Shown here: positions 1-9,568 of the stretch, in pieces
Layout of the letters: every line of letters starts with the position of its first letter
Numbering within the stretch: the stretch's first letter is position 1
Assembly: GCA_002708985.1 (NCBI GenBank)
Contig: PAPS01000017.1
Location: forward strand, 21,459-85,458
Origin: Saprospirales bacterium
Lineage (GTDB): Bacteria; Bacteroidota; Bacteroidia; Chitinophagales; UBA8649
Length of the DNA stretch: 64,000 nucleotides
Direction: 5' to 3'
Position numbers and translations under genes: made by a program
The notes under the pieces: model-generated
The model's input: only the letters and a program-made list of their open reading frames with translations
The model's database searches: none
What the model was told of the DNA's origin: nothing

Positions 1-941
1 TATAAAGTAGTTATTTCATCAAGTTGACCAAGATTTGTTACAAGTTGAAAATAAAGCGTATTGTTCTCAGTAGACAAAGTAGCTGCATTTTTGGGCATCA
101 TAACAAGTGATGGTGATACAACAGGCACGATGTACTCCAAATTTTGATTTCCTGCAGTGTCGATACTAAATACAACTATCTCACCTGACGCCTTCTGTCC
201 AACACCAACAAGCCTGTCTACGGAATCGTGGTAAAATATTTCTGCATAGGTAAAATATAAAGGATTGGATATGGAAAACTGGCTAGTCGTGAGCTGATCA
301 ACATCAAGAGATCCCACATATGGACCAACCACAGAACCAAGAGTAGCTGTGTCATAATAATAGAAATACGCTACATCATTTGATTGGCTATATGCCGTTG
401 TCCTTGTTGACGTTGGATCAAAACAAGCAAGCAATGCACTGGGGCCCGATGGTATGAGCTGGCTCTGGTTCGGGTAAATAAATGAATTAATAGAATCCGC
501 ACTAATCGCAACAATATTATCCTTATTTAGCGAATAGAAAAACTCATCAAAAGTAGACATATTTGGCATGGATAAATAACCCGCTGAGCCCGTTTGGAGA
601 GAGGGTATTGAAACGCTATAGTTTGGATTAATTATGTTATCATTTATGAACATGTAAGCATCCGAATATGAATTAGTTCCCAGTGGTCGTGCTGGATAAA
701 AAATTCCTTTATTAGTAATGGATTGGGCCAAGGCAAGGGTATCTAATCCGGGGATACTCTGTAAGTAAAGATTACCGTTGTACGCATCTACCGAATAATA
801 GCCCGACAAGATGGTATTTCCTGTGTCCACAAATCCACCCAAAGGAATTCTATTCTCTAGAAATTCTGTTTGTGCGATTCCATTGGAAAGAGAAAAAAAC
901 CACAGAATAGCGCTTAAGGATGATATGTAAATTTTACCCAT
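1..941 (-). CDS. secreted hypothetical protein, N-terminal part (ORF runs off the left edge of the window)
   Basis: Absent from the ORF track, presumably because it has no in-window stop. My reverse-strand translation from the ATG (complement of 939-941) gives MGKIYISSLSAILWFFSLSNGIAQTEF..., a signal-peptide-like N-terminus. I saw no in-frame stops in the stretches checked codon by codon (1-240 and around the start). The protein is N/S/T/Y-rich with no family recognised. Confidence 0.6.
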   Translation of the reverse strand, partial: MGKIYISSLSAILWFFSLSNGIAQTEFLENRIPLGGFVDTGNTILSGYYSVDAYNGNLYLQSIPGLDTLALAQSITNKGIFYPARPLGTNSYSDAYMFINDNIINPNYSVSIPSLQTGSAGYLSMPNMSTFDEFFYSLNKDNIVAISADSINSFIYPNQSQLIPSGPSALLACFDPTSTRTTAYSQSNDVAYFYYYDTATLGSVVGPYVGSLDVDQLTTSQFSISNPLYFTYAEIFYHDSVDRLVGVGQKASGEIVVFSIDTAGNQNLEYIVPVVSPSLVMMPKNAATLSTENNTLYFQLVTNLGQLDEITTL

Positions 942-1070
942 ATATCCAATGTACGGAAGAAGCTAAATATTATTACTTAAAGGGCTTACAAATAATAAAA
1001 TTTGTGAGCGTTATATTCATCTTATTTTGTAGTTTTCAGTTGATATTCAATTATATACAAAAATATTTGT

Positions 1071-2561
1071 GTGGAAAATTCAAAGCTTTTTAATGTATAC
1101 CGCAGCCTTAGTAAGCAAGAAGCTAAGCGATTTTATCGCATGGTTCAAAGCTCTTATCTAAAAGAGCATCGAATCCTGCGACTAATTAGTTACATGATAA
1201 AGTACCATGACCAGTGGGATAAAACAAAGTATTGGAAAAAAGACAGAATCTATTATGCTGTCTTCGGCAAAGACACCACCTACAACGACTTAAAGCTTCG
1301 AGAAACCTATTCGGGCCTTTATGCTGAACTAAAGCGCTTTATCATGCAAGAGGAGCTAAAGTCGGATGATTTCTTTGCTCAACTTTATCTTGTTCGAAGC
1401 CTGAGAAAACGAAAAGCCAATAAGGCCTATAATGCAGAACGGGGTAAACTCCAAGAGCGGCTTAACCAACATGGAGCGCAAGACGCAGAATTTTATCAAA
1501 AGAGTTTCCTAGTCGCCAAAGAGGACCGATTACACCACGGACAGCAACACCTTCGTGTATTTGACAAAGCCCTACAAGAAATGCTTGATGCCCTTGATGC
1601 CTTCTATTTTTCACTCAAGCTTAGAGAAAGTTGTGAAATGCTCAATCTCGAGCGCATCCAGGGAAAAGAATACAAAAGACCCTTTCTCGATGACTTGGTT
1701 GCCCTCTTAGAACGGGAAAACTCAGAACAAGGCTTATCGAAGTCAGTGGAAGTTTATTTGACTATTTATCGCTCCTTAACCGAAGGGGATGAAGTCTATT
1801 TTGATCGTATGGAAGGTCATTTAGAGCGCCTAAAGGGCATCTTTACCGAAGCCGAAAGACGCGGGGTTTTTACCTACATGCTCAATTTTTGTATTTCTAA
1901 AGTAAACCAAGGGCAACAGGCCTATTATCCCAAGCTGCTCGATTTGTATTTATTGGGCGTTGACAAGGGGTTGATTCTTGACCAGGACAGCCTTCACCAC
2001 AATCACTATAAATCGATGGTGACCATTGCTATTCGAATGGAGCGATATGAACTGGCCGAAACCATCCTCGAAGACTATCGCCACTTGATTCATCCAAGTT
2101 GGCAAGAAAATGCATACTTCTTAAACCTGTCTGATATTCGATTTGCCCAAAAGAAGTACGACCTCGTCCTTGACACCTTAAATCGAGTAGAATTTACTGA
2201 CGGACGGATGGCCGCTTCGGCGAAAAAGACTCAGCTTCAAACCTATTATCATCTCAAAGAAGAAACCAGCCTACCCTATCTGATCAATGCCATAAAAATA
2301 TTCATCAAACGAAACAAAGAGCTCCCTGAAATGTATAAAAAGTACTATCTAAATTTTGTTAAAGCCTTCCAACGCTTAGTCGATATTGACTGGAAACAGG
2401 ACTATGTGGGCCACGACAAACTCATTGAGAAAATGCTTCAAATCCACGCCTATGTCGAAGATAATCCTATGTTTGATAAGGTTTGGTTGCGCAGCCAGAT
2501 CATTCGGTTAAACAACGAATTGGGGCTATCGCTCAATTTTGAGCGCCCAACGCCTTCGTAA
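1071..2561 (+). CDS. hypothetical protein, alpha-helical/TPR-like repeat character
   Basis: 496-aa ORF with a GTG start and no overlapping competitor. It is K/E/L/Y-rich helical sequence (e.g. RYELAETILEDY, YYPKLLDLYLLG). No catalytic motif recognised. Confidence 0.6.
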   Translation: MENSKLFNVYRSLSKQEAKRFYRMVQSSYLKEHRILRLISYMIKYHDQWDKTKYWKKDRIYYAVFGKDTTYNDLKLRETYSGLYAELKRFIMQEELKSDDFFAQLYLVRSLRKRKANKAYNAERGKLQERLNQHGAQDAEFYQKSFLVAKEDRLHHGQQHLRVFDKALQEMLDALDAFYFSLKLRESCEMLNLERIQGKEYKRPFLDDLVALLERENSEQGLSKSVEVYLTIYRSLTEGDEVYFDRMEGHLERLKGIFTEAERRGVFTYMLNFCISKVNQGQQAYYPKLLDLYLLGVDKGLILDQDSLHHNHYKSMVTIAIRMERYELAETILEDYRHLIHPSWQENAYFLNLSDIRFAQKKYDLVLDTLNRVEFTDGRMAASAKKTQLQTYYHLKEETSLPYLINAIKIFIKRNKELPEMYKKYYLNFVKAFQRLVDIDWKQDYVGHDKLIEKMLQIHAYVEDNPMFDKVWLRSQIIRLNNELGLSLNFERPTPS

Positions 2562-2596
2562 CGTATTGTTTCTTGTAGATTGCATAGACATTAATA

Positions 2597-3928
2597 ATGA
2601 GCATAGCAGGAAAAAAATTTGCCGTTATTGGCGCTGGTATTGTAGGAAGCGCGCTGGCCTTATGGTTAAACAGCGAGGGGGCAATGGTGTCAGTCTATGA
2701 GCGCCGCAACGCACAAGCCTTCTTGAAAAAACCCAAAATTCAAAAAAGAAACATCAACCTTGCTTTAAGTCACCGCGGGCTTAAAAGCCTTAACCTTCTT
2801 AAACTGAAAGATAAAATCATGCCCGTATGCTGTCCCATGTATGGAAGAAGAATTTATCCTTCGGTTGAAGGCCCCGCGTTTTTCCAGCCATACGGCCTTC
2901 CTCACCAAGCCATTTACTCTGTGTCCCGATTTGACCTCAACCTAATGCTTCACAGCGCACTCGAGGCAGCCAACTCTATTAAAGTACTCTATAACAATAC
3001 ACTGAATGCAGAGGATCGTGGTTTGCTTGTACAACTAGAAAATCAGTTCGACGGAATCTTTTGGTGTGATGGCATACATTCAATTGGAAGAAACATTCTT
3101 GAGGGGTTGGGCTACGTTACCACCAAGGTAGACAAGGCCAGTTATGGTTATCGAGAAGTGCCACTTAATGGCCCATTGATTAAAAACAAAGAGGCTCAGG
3201 CTCTGCATATTTGGCCACGGGACAAAAGTATGCTTATTGCCCTTCCCCAGGCCGAAGGCCACTATGCCGGCACCTTATTTGCGCCCTTTGTTGGAAGTGG
3301 TGGGCTAGATAGTACAACAAATCAAGAAGATTTCCAACACACAATACAAACAATTTATCTTGGAAAAGACTCTCCATTTTCCCTCACTGACACCCCCTTG
3401 ATAAACCTCCCCGCCTCTTGGCTTAAATCCGTCAATGTTGGCCCATGGAATTATGGCAAACACCTCTTACTTGGAGATGCAGCTCATGCCATTCTTCCCT
3501 TTTATGGCCAAGGAATGAATGCTGGACTAGAAGATGTCTACGTTTTGTCTGAAATAGCGACCGACAACAAGAGCCCCGACGAAATTTTTTCCGCCTTTTA
3601 CGCCCGCCGCAAAATTGATGGCGACGCTATAAAAACACTGGCAGAAAGAAACTATTGGAACATGAAAAATGGCACAGTTAACAAAGAGCAGCTTTTGTAT
3701 AAAAAGTTTGAGCAATTTCTTTTAACACGCTTTCCCAATGAATTTAAGGGACAATACCAACGCGTCAGTTTTGGAGATGAGCCCTATCATAAAGCGCTTG
3801 ACAACGGCGATAGAGTCTTTGCTAAATGTCAAGTATTCTTAAGGAATTTTAGCCGGCCTGAGGATTGGGTTGCGCCAGAAGCAATAACCGCGTGTAAATC
3901 ACTGTTAACATCATTTCATGCGGACTAA
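2597..3928 (+). CDS. kmo: kynurenine 3-monooxygenase (FAD-dependent aromatic hydroxylase)
   Basis: N-terminal FAD fold VIGAGIVGSALALWL, the KMO-typical block NINLALSHRGLKSL, and LLGDAAHAILPFYGQGMNAGLEDV. Length of 443 aa fits. Confidence 0.8.
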   Translation: MSIAGKKFAVIGAGIVGSALALWLNSEGAMVSVYERRNAQAFLKKPKIQKRNINLALSHRGLKSLNLLKLKDKIMPVCCPMYGRRIYPSVEGPAFFQPYGLPHQAIYSVSRFDLNLMLHSALEAANSIKVLYNNTLNAEDRGLLVQLENQFDGIFWCDGIHSIGRNILEGLGYVTTKVDKASYGYREVPLNGPLIKNKEAQALHIWPRDKSMLIALPQAEGHYAGTLFAPFVGSGGLDSTTNQEDFQHTIQTIYLGKDSPFSLTDTPLINLPASWLKSVNVGPWNYGKHLLLGDAAHAILPFYGQGMNAGLEDVYVLSEIATDNKSPDEIFSAFYARRKIDGDAIKTLAERNYWNMKNGTVNKEQLLYKKFEQFLLTRFPNEFKGQYQRVSFGDEPYHKALDNGDRVFAKCQVFLRNFSRPEDWVAPEAITACKSLLTSFHAD

Positions 3929-5585
3929 AACCTATTATGAATCCTATGATAGAGCAATTGATGCTTTGTCTCAAGCACTAGGCGTAAACACTGCCTATGC
4001 TTGTCTAATGCACCAACGCAACATTAAGACTGTCGAAAAGGCCAAACACTATTTAAACCCCGTAAAGGAACAACTCAAGGATTTTTCCTTATTAAAGAAC
4101 AGTCACAAAGCGGCAGACTACTTGGAGCACCACATACAATCAAAACACCGTATTATGTTATATGGAGATTATGATGTCGACGGCACATCATCCATTGCAT
4201 TAATGTATCAAGCTCTAAGACTTGTCATGGCTGAAGACCTGATAACAACCTATTTCCCTGACCGCAGGGAAGAGGGTTATGGAATCTCTAGCAGGGGCAT
4301 TGAGCACGCCATTCAAAACAACATATCCCTTGTTATTGCCGTTGATTGTGGAACAAAAGATTTTGATAGTGTTCAATTGGCGCGTGATCATTCGATAAAT
4401 GTTATTATCTGCGATCATCATGAAGTGGGAGAAGAACTTCCCAACGCGATTTACGTCAACCCAAAGCAGAATAACTGTGAATATCCATTTAAGTCGTTAA
4501 GTGGTTGCGGGGTGCTCTTTGGCATGCTGCACCATTGGGCAAAAACCTATCATCCAATGCTTGATATTTTTCAATTCGTCGACTATGTTGCCATAAGCAT
4601 AACCTGTGATATGGTATCGCTAGAGGAGGATAACCGCGTGCTTGCCAGCCTAGGAATTGAAGCCATGAAACAAGGAAACTTTTCCGCGCCTAACATCTCT
4701 CGACTTATTGGAGATCGCTACATTGATGAAGAGAGTCTCACATTTTACCTTGGGCCTAAGATTAATGCGGCTGGGCGGTTGCAATGTGCAGACATAGCAC
4801 TAGAGGCCCTGATAGGGGATGATGTTAACCTGGTAAACCAGTTGAATAAGGAAAACTCTAAAAGACGAAGCCTTACCCAATCGATGACAAAAGAAGCGCT
4901 GGCCCATATTCATTCCCCTCAATATCCCTATCCGAACGCATCCCTTGTGTGGCTGAAAAAAGGACATAGTGGAGTGGCTGGGCTTGTTGCCTCTCGACTT
5001 GTTGAGGTCACCCAAAAACCCGCCATCGTTCTCTGTGGCGAAGAAGAGACCACCGGATCTGCAAGAAGCGCTGGGAACCTCAACCTATACAATCTTATTA
5101 AGGAAAACGATCATCACCTTCTTCGATGGGGCGGACATAATGCAGCGGCAGGAATGTCATTAAAGCAATCATCGGTTGAGTCCTTCTTTATATCCATGAA
5201 TGATAGCATTGCTGGAGTATCGTATGAATTAGAAAAAACCAAAATAGATTGTGCTGTTTCGTTTGCCTCAATCACCCCGGCCTTTTGCCAAAACTTGATG
5301 CGTTTTGGGCCATTTGGCGTGGGTAATCCTTCTCCTGTATTTTGCGCTGACGGCATAACACTCAAAACCAATGGACTTCGGGGCCTTGGCTCCTCTGGTA
5401 ACCACTATCGCCTGACACTTTGTGATCCACAAGGAAATCAACGCGATGCTTTGTATTTCAATGCCCCCAAAAACCTTCAGGAAATCATCAAAGGTCCATT
5501 TTGCCTTGTGTTTGGCCTAAAGCCCAATCTTTGGAGAGGAGTATTGTCTTGGGATATAGTGGTAAAAAAAATATGGGTAGAATAA
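3918..5585 (+). CDS. recJ: single-stranded-DNA-specific exonuclease RecJ
   Basis: DHH-family motifs: YGDYDVDGTSS, VIAVDCG, ICDHHE. A DHHA1-like GGHNAAAG is also present. The start overlaps the kmo stop by 11 nt. Confidence 0.9.
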   Translation: MRTKTYYESYDRAIDALSQALGVNTAYACLMHQRNIKTVEKAKHYLNPVKEQLKDFSLLKNSHKAADYLEHHIQSKHRIMLYGDYDVDGTSSIALMYQALRLVMAEDLITTYFPDRREEGYGISSRGIEHAIQNNISLVIAVDCGTKDFDSVQLARDHSINVIICDHHEVGEELPNAIYVNPKQNNCEYPFKSLSGCGVLFGMLHHWAKTYHPMLDIFQFVDYVAISITCDMVSLEEDNRVLASLGIEAMKQGNFSAPNISRLIGDRYIDEESLTFYLGPKINAAGRLQCADIALEALIGDDVNLVNQLNKENSKRRSLTQSMTKEALAHIHSPQYPYPNASLVWLKKGHSGVAGLVASRLVEVTQKPAIVLCGEEETTGSARSAGNLNLYNLIKENDHHLLRWGGHNAAAGMSLKQSSVESFFISMNDSIAGVSYELEKTKIDCAVSFASITPAFCQNLMRFGPFGVGNPSPVFCADGITLKTNGLRGLGSSGNHYRLTLCDPQGNQRDALYFNAPKNLQEIIKGPFCLVFGLKPNLWRGVLSWDIVVKKIWVE

Positions 5586-5667
5586 TTATTATAAGCTCAT
5601 TGATATTGTCTTATACTATACCAATTGATTCCATATGCTTTCCTTGGATTATTGCGATATTCACAGT

Positions 5668-6204
5668 ATGAGTAATATAAAAGAGTTTGTTGTACTTGTT
5701 GATGACCAGGATAATGTCTTGGGCACCATGGAAAAAATGGACGCCCATAAACAAGGTTGTCTGCACAGAGCAATAAGCGTATTACTTTTTGACCAAGACC
5801 ACCGCATGCTCCTACAAAAAAGAGCTAGCACGAAGTATCACTGGCCAAATATTTGGAGCAACGCTGTATGTAGCCACCCGAGAGAGGGTGAGACCTATTC
5901 GGCCGCTGCACATCGAAGGCTACCTGAAGAACTTGGAATTACAGCCGACCTGGAATGGCAGTTTTCCTTCATTTACAAAGCGACCGATGATGTAAGTGCA
6001 TTGCATGAACACGAGTTGGACCATGTGTTCTTTGGACAAATTGAGGAAGCGCCTTCTAATGTAAACCCTAAAGAAGTCGGCGCGGTTAAGTGGATTGAAA
6101 GGGAATCTCTTGAAAAGGAAGTTGCCTACAACCCCGATCAATATTCTTTCTGGTTTAAAATCATTCTCCAAGAAATAGAGCAACGAAACCTTTGGCCTTC
6201 GTAA
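5668..6204 (+). CDS. idi: isopentenyl-diphosphate delta-isomerase, type 1 (Nudix fold)
   Basis: HRAISVLLF...LLQKRA..K..WPNIWSNAVCSHP...E...HE is typical of type-1 IDI. I prefer the internal ATG at 5668 (MSNIKEF...) to the track start at 5635, which gives the usual size of about 180 aa. Confidence 0.85.
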   Translation: MSNIKEFVVLVDDQDNVLGTMEKMDAHKQGCLHRAISVLLFDQDHRMLLQKRASTKYHWPNIWSNAVCSHPREGETYSAAAHRRLPEELGITADLEWQFSFIYKATDDVSALHEHELDHVFFGQIEEAPSNVNPKEVGAVKWIERESLEKEVAYNPDQYSFWFKIILQEIEQRNLWPS

Positions 6205-6239
6205 TGAGGGCTGTCATTTAATCGTGAGCGCGCCTCATT

Positions 6240-8147
6240 ATGATAGATGTATCTATAATCATTGTAAACTACAACGTCAAGCAGTTTCTGCTTCAAGCGC
6301 TCGATAGTGTATATAAAAGCCAAGGGGTAGAGTTTGAGGTATTTGTTGTAGATAACAACTCTACAGATCATTCTATGGAAAGCGTTAAAGAGCTCTTCCC
6401 CCGTGTTCAATGTATTGAAAACAAAAAAAACTTTGGATTTGGTCGGGCAAATAATCAGGCATTATCTAGAGTAAAAGGAAAGTATGTCCTATTCCTAAAT
6501 CCCGATACCATTATTGAAGAAAATACTTTAATAACATGTTTTCGGGCTATGGAATCCTGTGAAAATCGAGGTGCTCTTGGTGTCCGAATGGTGGATGGGC
6601 AAGGTAAATTTCTTCCTGAATCGAAGCGTGGTCTACCCACCCTGTGGTCGTCTTTATGCAAATTTGCTGGATTGTATAAAATTGCCCCAACATCTTCATG
6701 GCTAAACGACTACTATGCCGGGCATCTCCTAGAGCACGAAAACAATAAAGTCGATGTGTTAACGGGTGCCTTCTTTTTTGGAAAAACAGAACTAATCCAA
6801 AAAATAGGGGGATTTGATGAAGACTTTTTTATGTACGGCGAGGACATTGACCTCTCATATAGGGTGCAGCTTGAAGGAAAGGATGTATTTTATCTGGGTG
6901 GGACTACTGTAATTCATTATAAAGGAGAAAGCACAAAAAAAAGAAGTTTTAACTACGCCTTAAGCTTCTTTGATGCTATGGGAATCTTTGCGGAAAAACA
7001 CACCTTTCGTCAGTGGCCAAGAATCATTAAAAGCTTTATACGTAAAATATTTCAAGGGATGGCCCTTCTTTTTTATATGATTAAAATCACCAAGCGAATA
7101 ATTCCAGCTCTTGCTGAATTATTGTTGATATATGGAAGTTTTTTTAGTGTATCAACTCTCTATGCTCGTTACATAAAACCAGATATTGATCGATTTCCCA
7201 ATGAGTTTTTATTAGAATTTTTACCCGCCTACAGCATGGTTTATTTTCTGAGCCTTTTATTTAGTGGGTCCTATGCCAGACACCATTCGCTACGAAGCTT
7301 CATTGCCGGAAGTGGAATAGCCCTGCTTACCATAACCTTTATATATGCTCTTTTGCCTGAGACACTTCGTTTTTCTCGCGGATCCATTATTGCGGGCTGG
7401 GGTGTGGCATCCCTCCTCGGATTAGCAATCCGCAGCAGTGTAGAAGTACGAAGGCGTAGGCAAAATAAAAATAGAAGCCAGAAAGCTCTTTTTGTTGGAA
7501 ACCCGTCAACTTTTAGGTCTTTTCAAGAGACTTCAGTCTATGGCAAAAGTGCTATTCAAGTCAACTTATCGGATATTCTTGGGATTGAGGATTTAGCCCA
7601 GATACATGAAGCTTCAAAAATTGTATTATGTGCTGAATCTATACCATCACGCACCATGATTGAGTCCATCGGCTTTGTTGGTGGAAGAATTCCCTGTTAT
7701 ATCTATCGAAAAGGAAGTGACTCACTTGTTGGTAATTACCATAGAAATCGTTCGCGAAAAGAATTAGAAGAACCTATAGAGTTAAACTTAAACCTTATAC
7801 GATACAGGGCATATAAAAGACTTACGGATATTTTAATTAGTTCGTTTATTCTTTTACTTGGATTAACCATAATTCCTCTTCTGGCCCATCACAGAAGAAA
7901 AAAACTAGCATGGGCCCTCGCTGTGATTTGGGGTAAAAAAACATGGGTTGGATATCACAAGCCTCACAGCATTGGCCTGCCAGCGGTTAAAGAGGCATGG
8001 ATGACCTGTCTACTCATAGGGGGAAAGGCAGAGGAGGGTGCAACGGAAGAACAAATCGTTACTTCTAACCTGCTTTATGCTAAAAACTATCACCCCCTGG
8101 ATGATCTGAGAGCAATACTGCGCAAATACTCTCCAGATACTACTTAG
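6240..8147 (+). CDS. family-2 glycosyltransferase fused to a polytopic membrane region and a degenerate sugar-transferase-like C-terminus
   Basis: The N-terminus (VSIIIVNYN, VVDNNSTD, FLNPDT, FMYGEDIDLS) is a GT2 (GT-A) domain. Hydrophobic segments run from about aa 260-400. The C-terminus (YKRLTDILISSFILLLGLTIIPLL ... VIWGKKTWVGYHKP ... LLYAKNY..LDDLRIL) resembles the ends of a polyprenyl-phosphate sugar transferase without its core. Confidence 0.75.
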   Translation: MIDVSIIIVNYNVKQFLLQALDSVYKSQGVEFEVFVVDNNSTDHSMESVKELFPRVQCIENKKNFGFGRANNQALSRVKGKYVLFLNPDTIIEENTLITCFRAMESCENRGALGVRMVDGQGKFLPESKRGLPTLWSSLCKFAGLYKIAPTSSWLNDYYAGHLLEHENNKVDVLTGAFFFGKTELIQKIGGFDEDFFMYGEDIDLSYRVQLEGKDVFYLGGTTVIHYKGESTKKRSFNYALSFFDAMGIFAEKHTFRQWPRIIKSFIRKIFQGMALLFYMIKITKRIIPALAELLLIYGSFFSVSTLYARYIKPDIDRFPNEFLLEFLPAYSMVYFLSLLFSGSYARHHSLRSFIAGSGIALLTITFIYALLPETLRFSRGSIIAGWGVASLLGLAIRSSVEVRRRRQNKNRSQKALFVGNPSTFRSFQETSVYGKSAIQVNLSDILGIEDLAQIHEASKIVLCAESIPSRTMIESIGFVGGRIPCYIYRKGSDSLVGNYHRNRSRKELEEPIELNLNLIRYRAYKRLTDILISSFILLLGLTIIPLLAHHRRKKLAWALAVIWGKKTWVGYHKPHSIGLPAVKEAWMTCLLIGGKAEEGATEEQIVTSNLLYAKNYHPLDDLRAILRKYSPDTT

Positions 8148-9561
8148 ACCCGTACTGAAAAAGCTGGTTAGCTATTATCATTTCTTCTACACCTTTTGGA
8201 ACCGAATTTTCCCAACCTGAATCTCCTTGTTGAATGGACTTGACAATATCATCAGAAAAAATGGTCAGCACGTCAGGGTTGAGGGCCTCAATCTCAATGA
8301 GCGCTTTGTTGCCCAACAAAAAGTCGTGCAGTGCTCGTGTTGAAGGTGGTGGCAACATCGTCGAAGCAGTATAAGTTTGAGCATTTTCAGAGGCTTGAAA
8401 TGGATATACCCAAAAGCTGCCACCATGCCTAAACACTCTGCCATAATTATGCATTATCGATAACTCTCTACCCTCATTGGCCGCACGCTCATAGATCTCT
8501 AACAAATATTTTACACCAACAATAAGCCCCTTGTGAGCAACTCGACATTCATTGAGATACTTGACCAATTCATAGTGATATTCAAAATCTGAGATCATGA
8601 CATAGTGCCCTTGAGAAGATAAAATATCAGCACGGTCAAGGAAGTCCTGTTCATGGTCTTCTATATCAGCTTCTGTTTGAAGAAGCTGCAGCGTCATTTC
8701 GGCCAAACGAAAAACATCGCATTCCTCTACGCCCTTCTTTGATTCGCAAAATGAGCGCACCGCTGAATCAAACATATCTGCCGTAACCTTGGTAAGTGGT
8801 CTAAATCGCCCCCTCAGCGCAAAAATATTTTTATTGTACAATAGATCCTTGGGCTGATACACCTTGCCATCTGGACCGAAAATCGTAGCCTTAGTAAAAC
8901 CCATTTTCACAAGTAATAAGCTGACAATTCGAACATCGACCGAGGCAAAACAAGGACCCGACAAACGAATAAGGTCAATTTCAAGAAGATCTGTGCTCAA
9001 GTCTTGCTTCACAGATTCAAGAAAGCTAGCAATATCTACTCCATGATGATAGCATGCCCACAACAAATTGACCCCTAACTCCCCAAGTACACGCTGTTGG
9101 AGTATTGTGTTATTGTCATGTAGCCGTACATGCAAAATAATGTCACTCGGCGGGCTATTGGGTTCTAGCTGAAAACGTACACCCATCCACCCGTGCGGCT
9201 TATTACTTCTAGAATAGTTTAATGTGGTTACTGTATTGGCAAAAACAAAAAAACAGCGGTCTTTATATTCCTCTTGGACTAGGCGCTCCTCAAGGAGGTT
9301 GTATTCATGGTCTAGCATTTTTAGGCACCGCGATTCGCTAACATATCTGCCTCCTTCTTCAGATCCATATATATTATCAGAAAACACCATGTCATAGGCC
9401 GACATAGACTTTGCTATAGTTCCACCTGCGCCGCCCACCTTGAAAAAGTTTCTAGCGACCTCTTGCCCCCCTCCTATCTCAGCAAAAGACCCATAAATTG
9501 TTGGATTCAGGTTTATGGCAAGAGCCTTTTCTCGAATGGTCGTTGGGTTTTGTGTATTCAT
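8140..9561 (-). CDS. conserved hypothetical protein (function unknown)
   Basis: 473-aa ORF with a well-conserved-looking N-terminus (IYGSFAEIGGGQEVARNFFKVGGAGGTIAKSMSAYDM). I cannot assign a family. Its stop overlaps the stop of the convergent GT2 gene by 8 nt. Confidence 0.7.
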   Translation of the reverse strand: MNTQNPTTIREKALAINLNPTIYGSFAEIGGGQEVARNFFKVGGAGGTIAKSMSAYDMVFSDNIYGSEEGGRYVSESRCLKMLDHEYNLLEERLVQEEYKDRCFFVFANTVTTLNYSRSNKPHGWMGVRFQLEPNSPPSDIILHVRLHDNNTILQQRVLGELGVNLLWACYHHGVDIASFLESVKQDLSTDLLEIDLIRLSGPCFASVDVRIVSLLLVKMGFTKATIFGPDGKVYQPKDLLYNKNIFALRGRFRPLTKVTADMFDSAVRSFCESKKGVEECDVFRLAEMTLQLLQTEADIEDHEQDFLDRADILSSQGHYVMISDFEYHYELVKYLNECRVAHKGLIVGVKYLLEIYERAANEGRELSIMHNYGRVFRHGGSFWVYPFQASENAQTYTASTMLPPPSTRALHDFLLGNKALIEIEALNPDVLTIFSDDIVKSIQQGDSGWENSVPKGVEEMIIANQLFQYGSK

Positions 9562-9568
9562 TGAGTTG

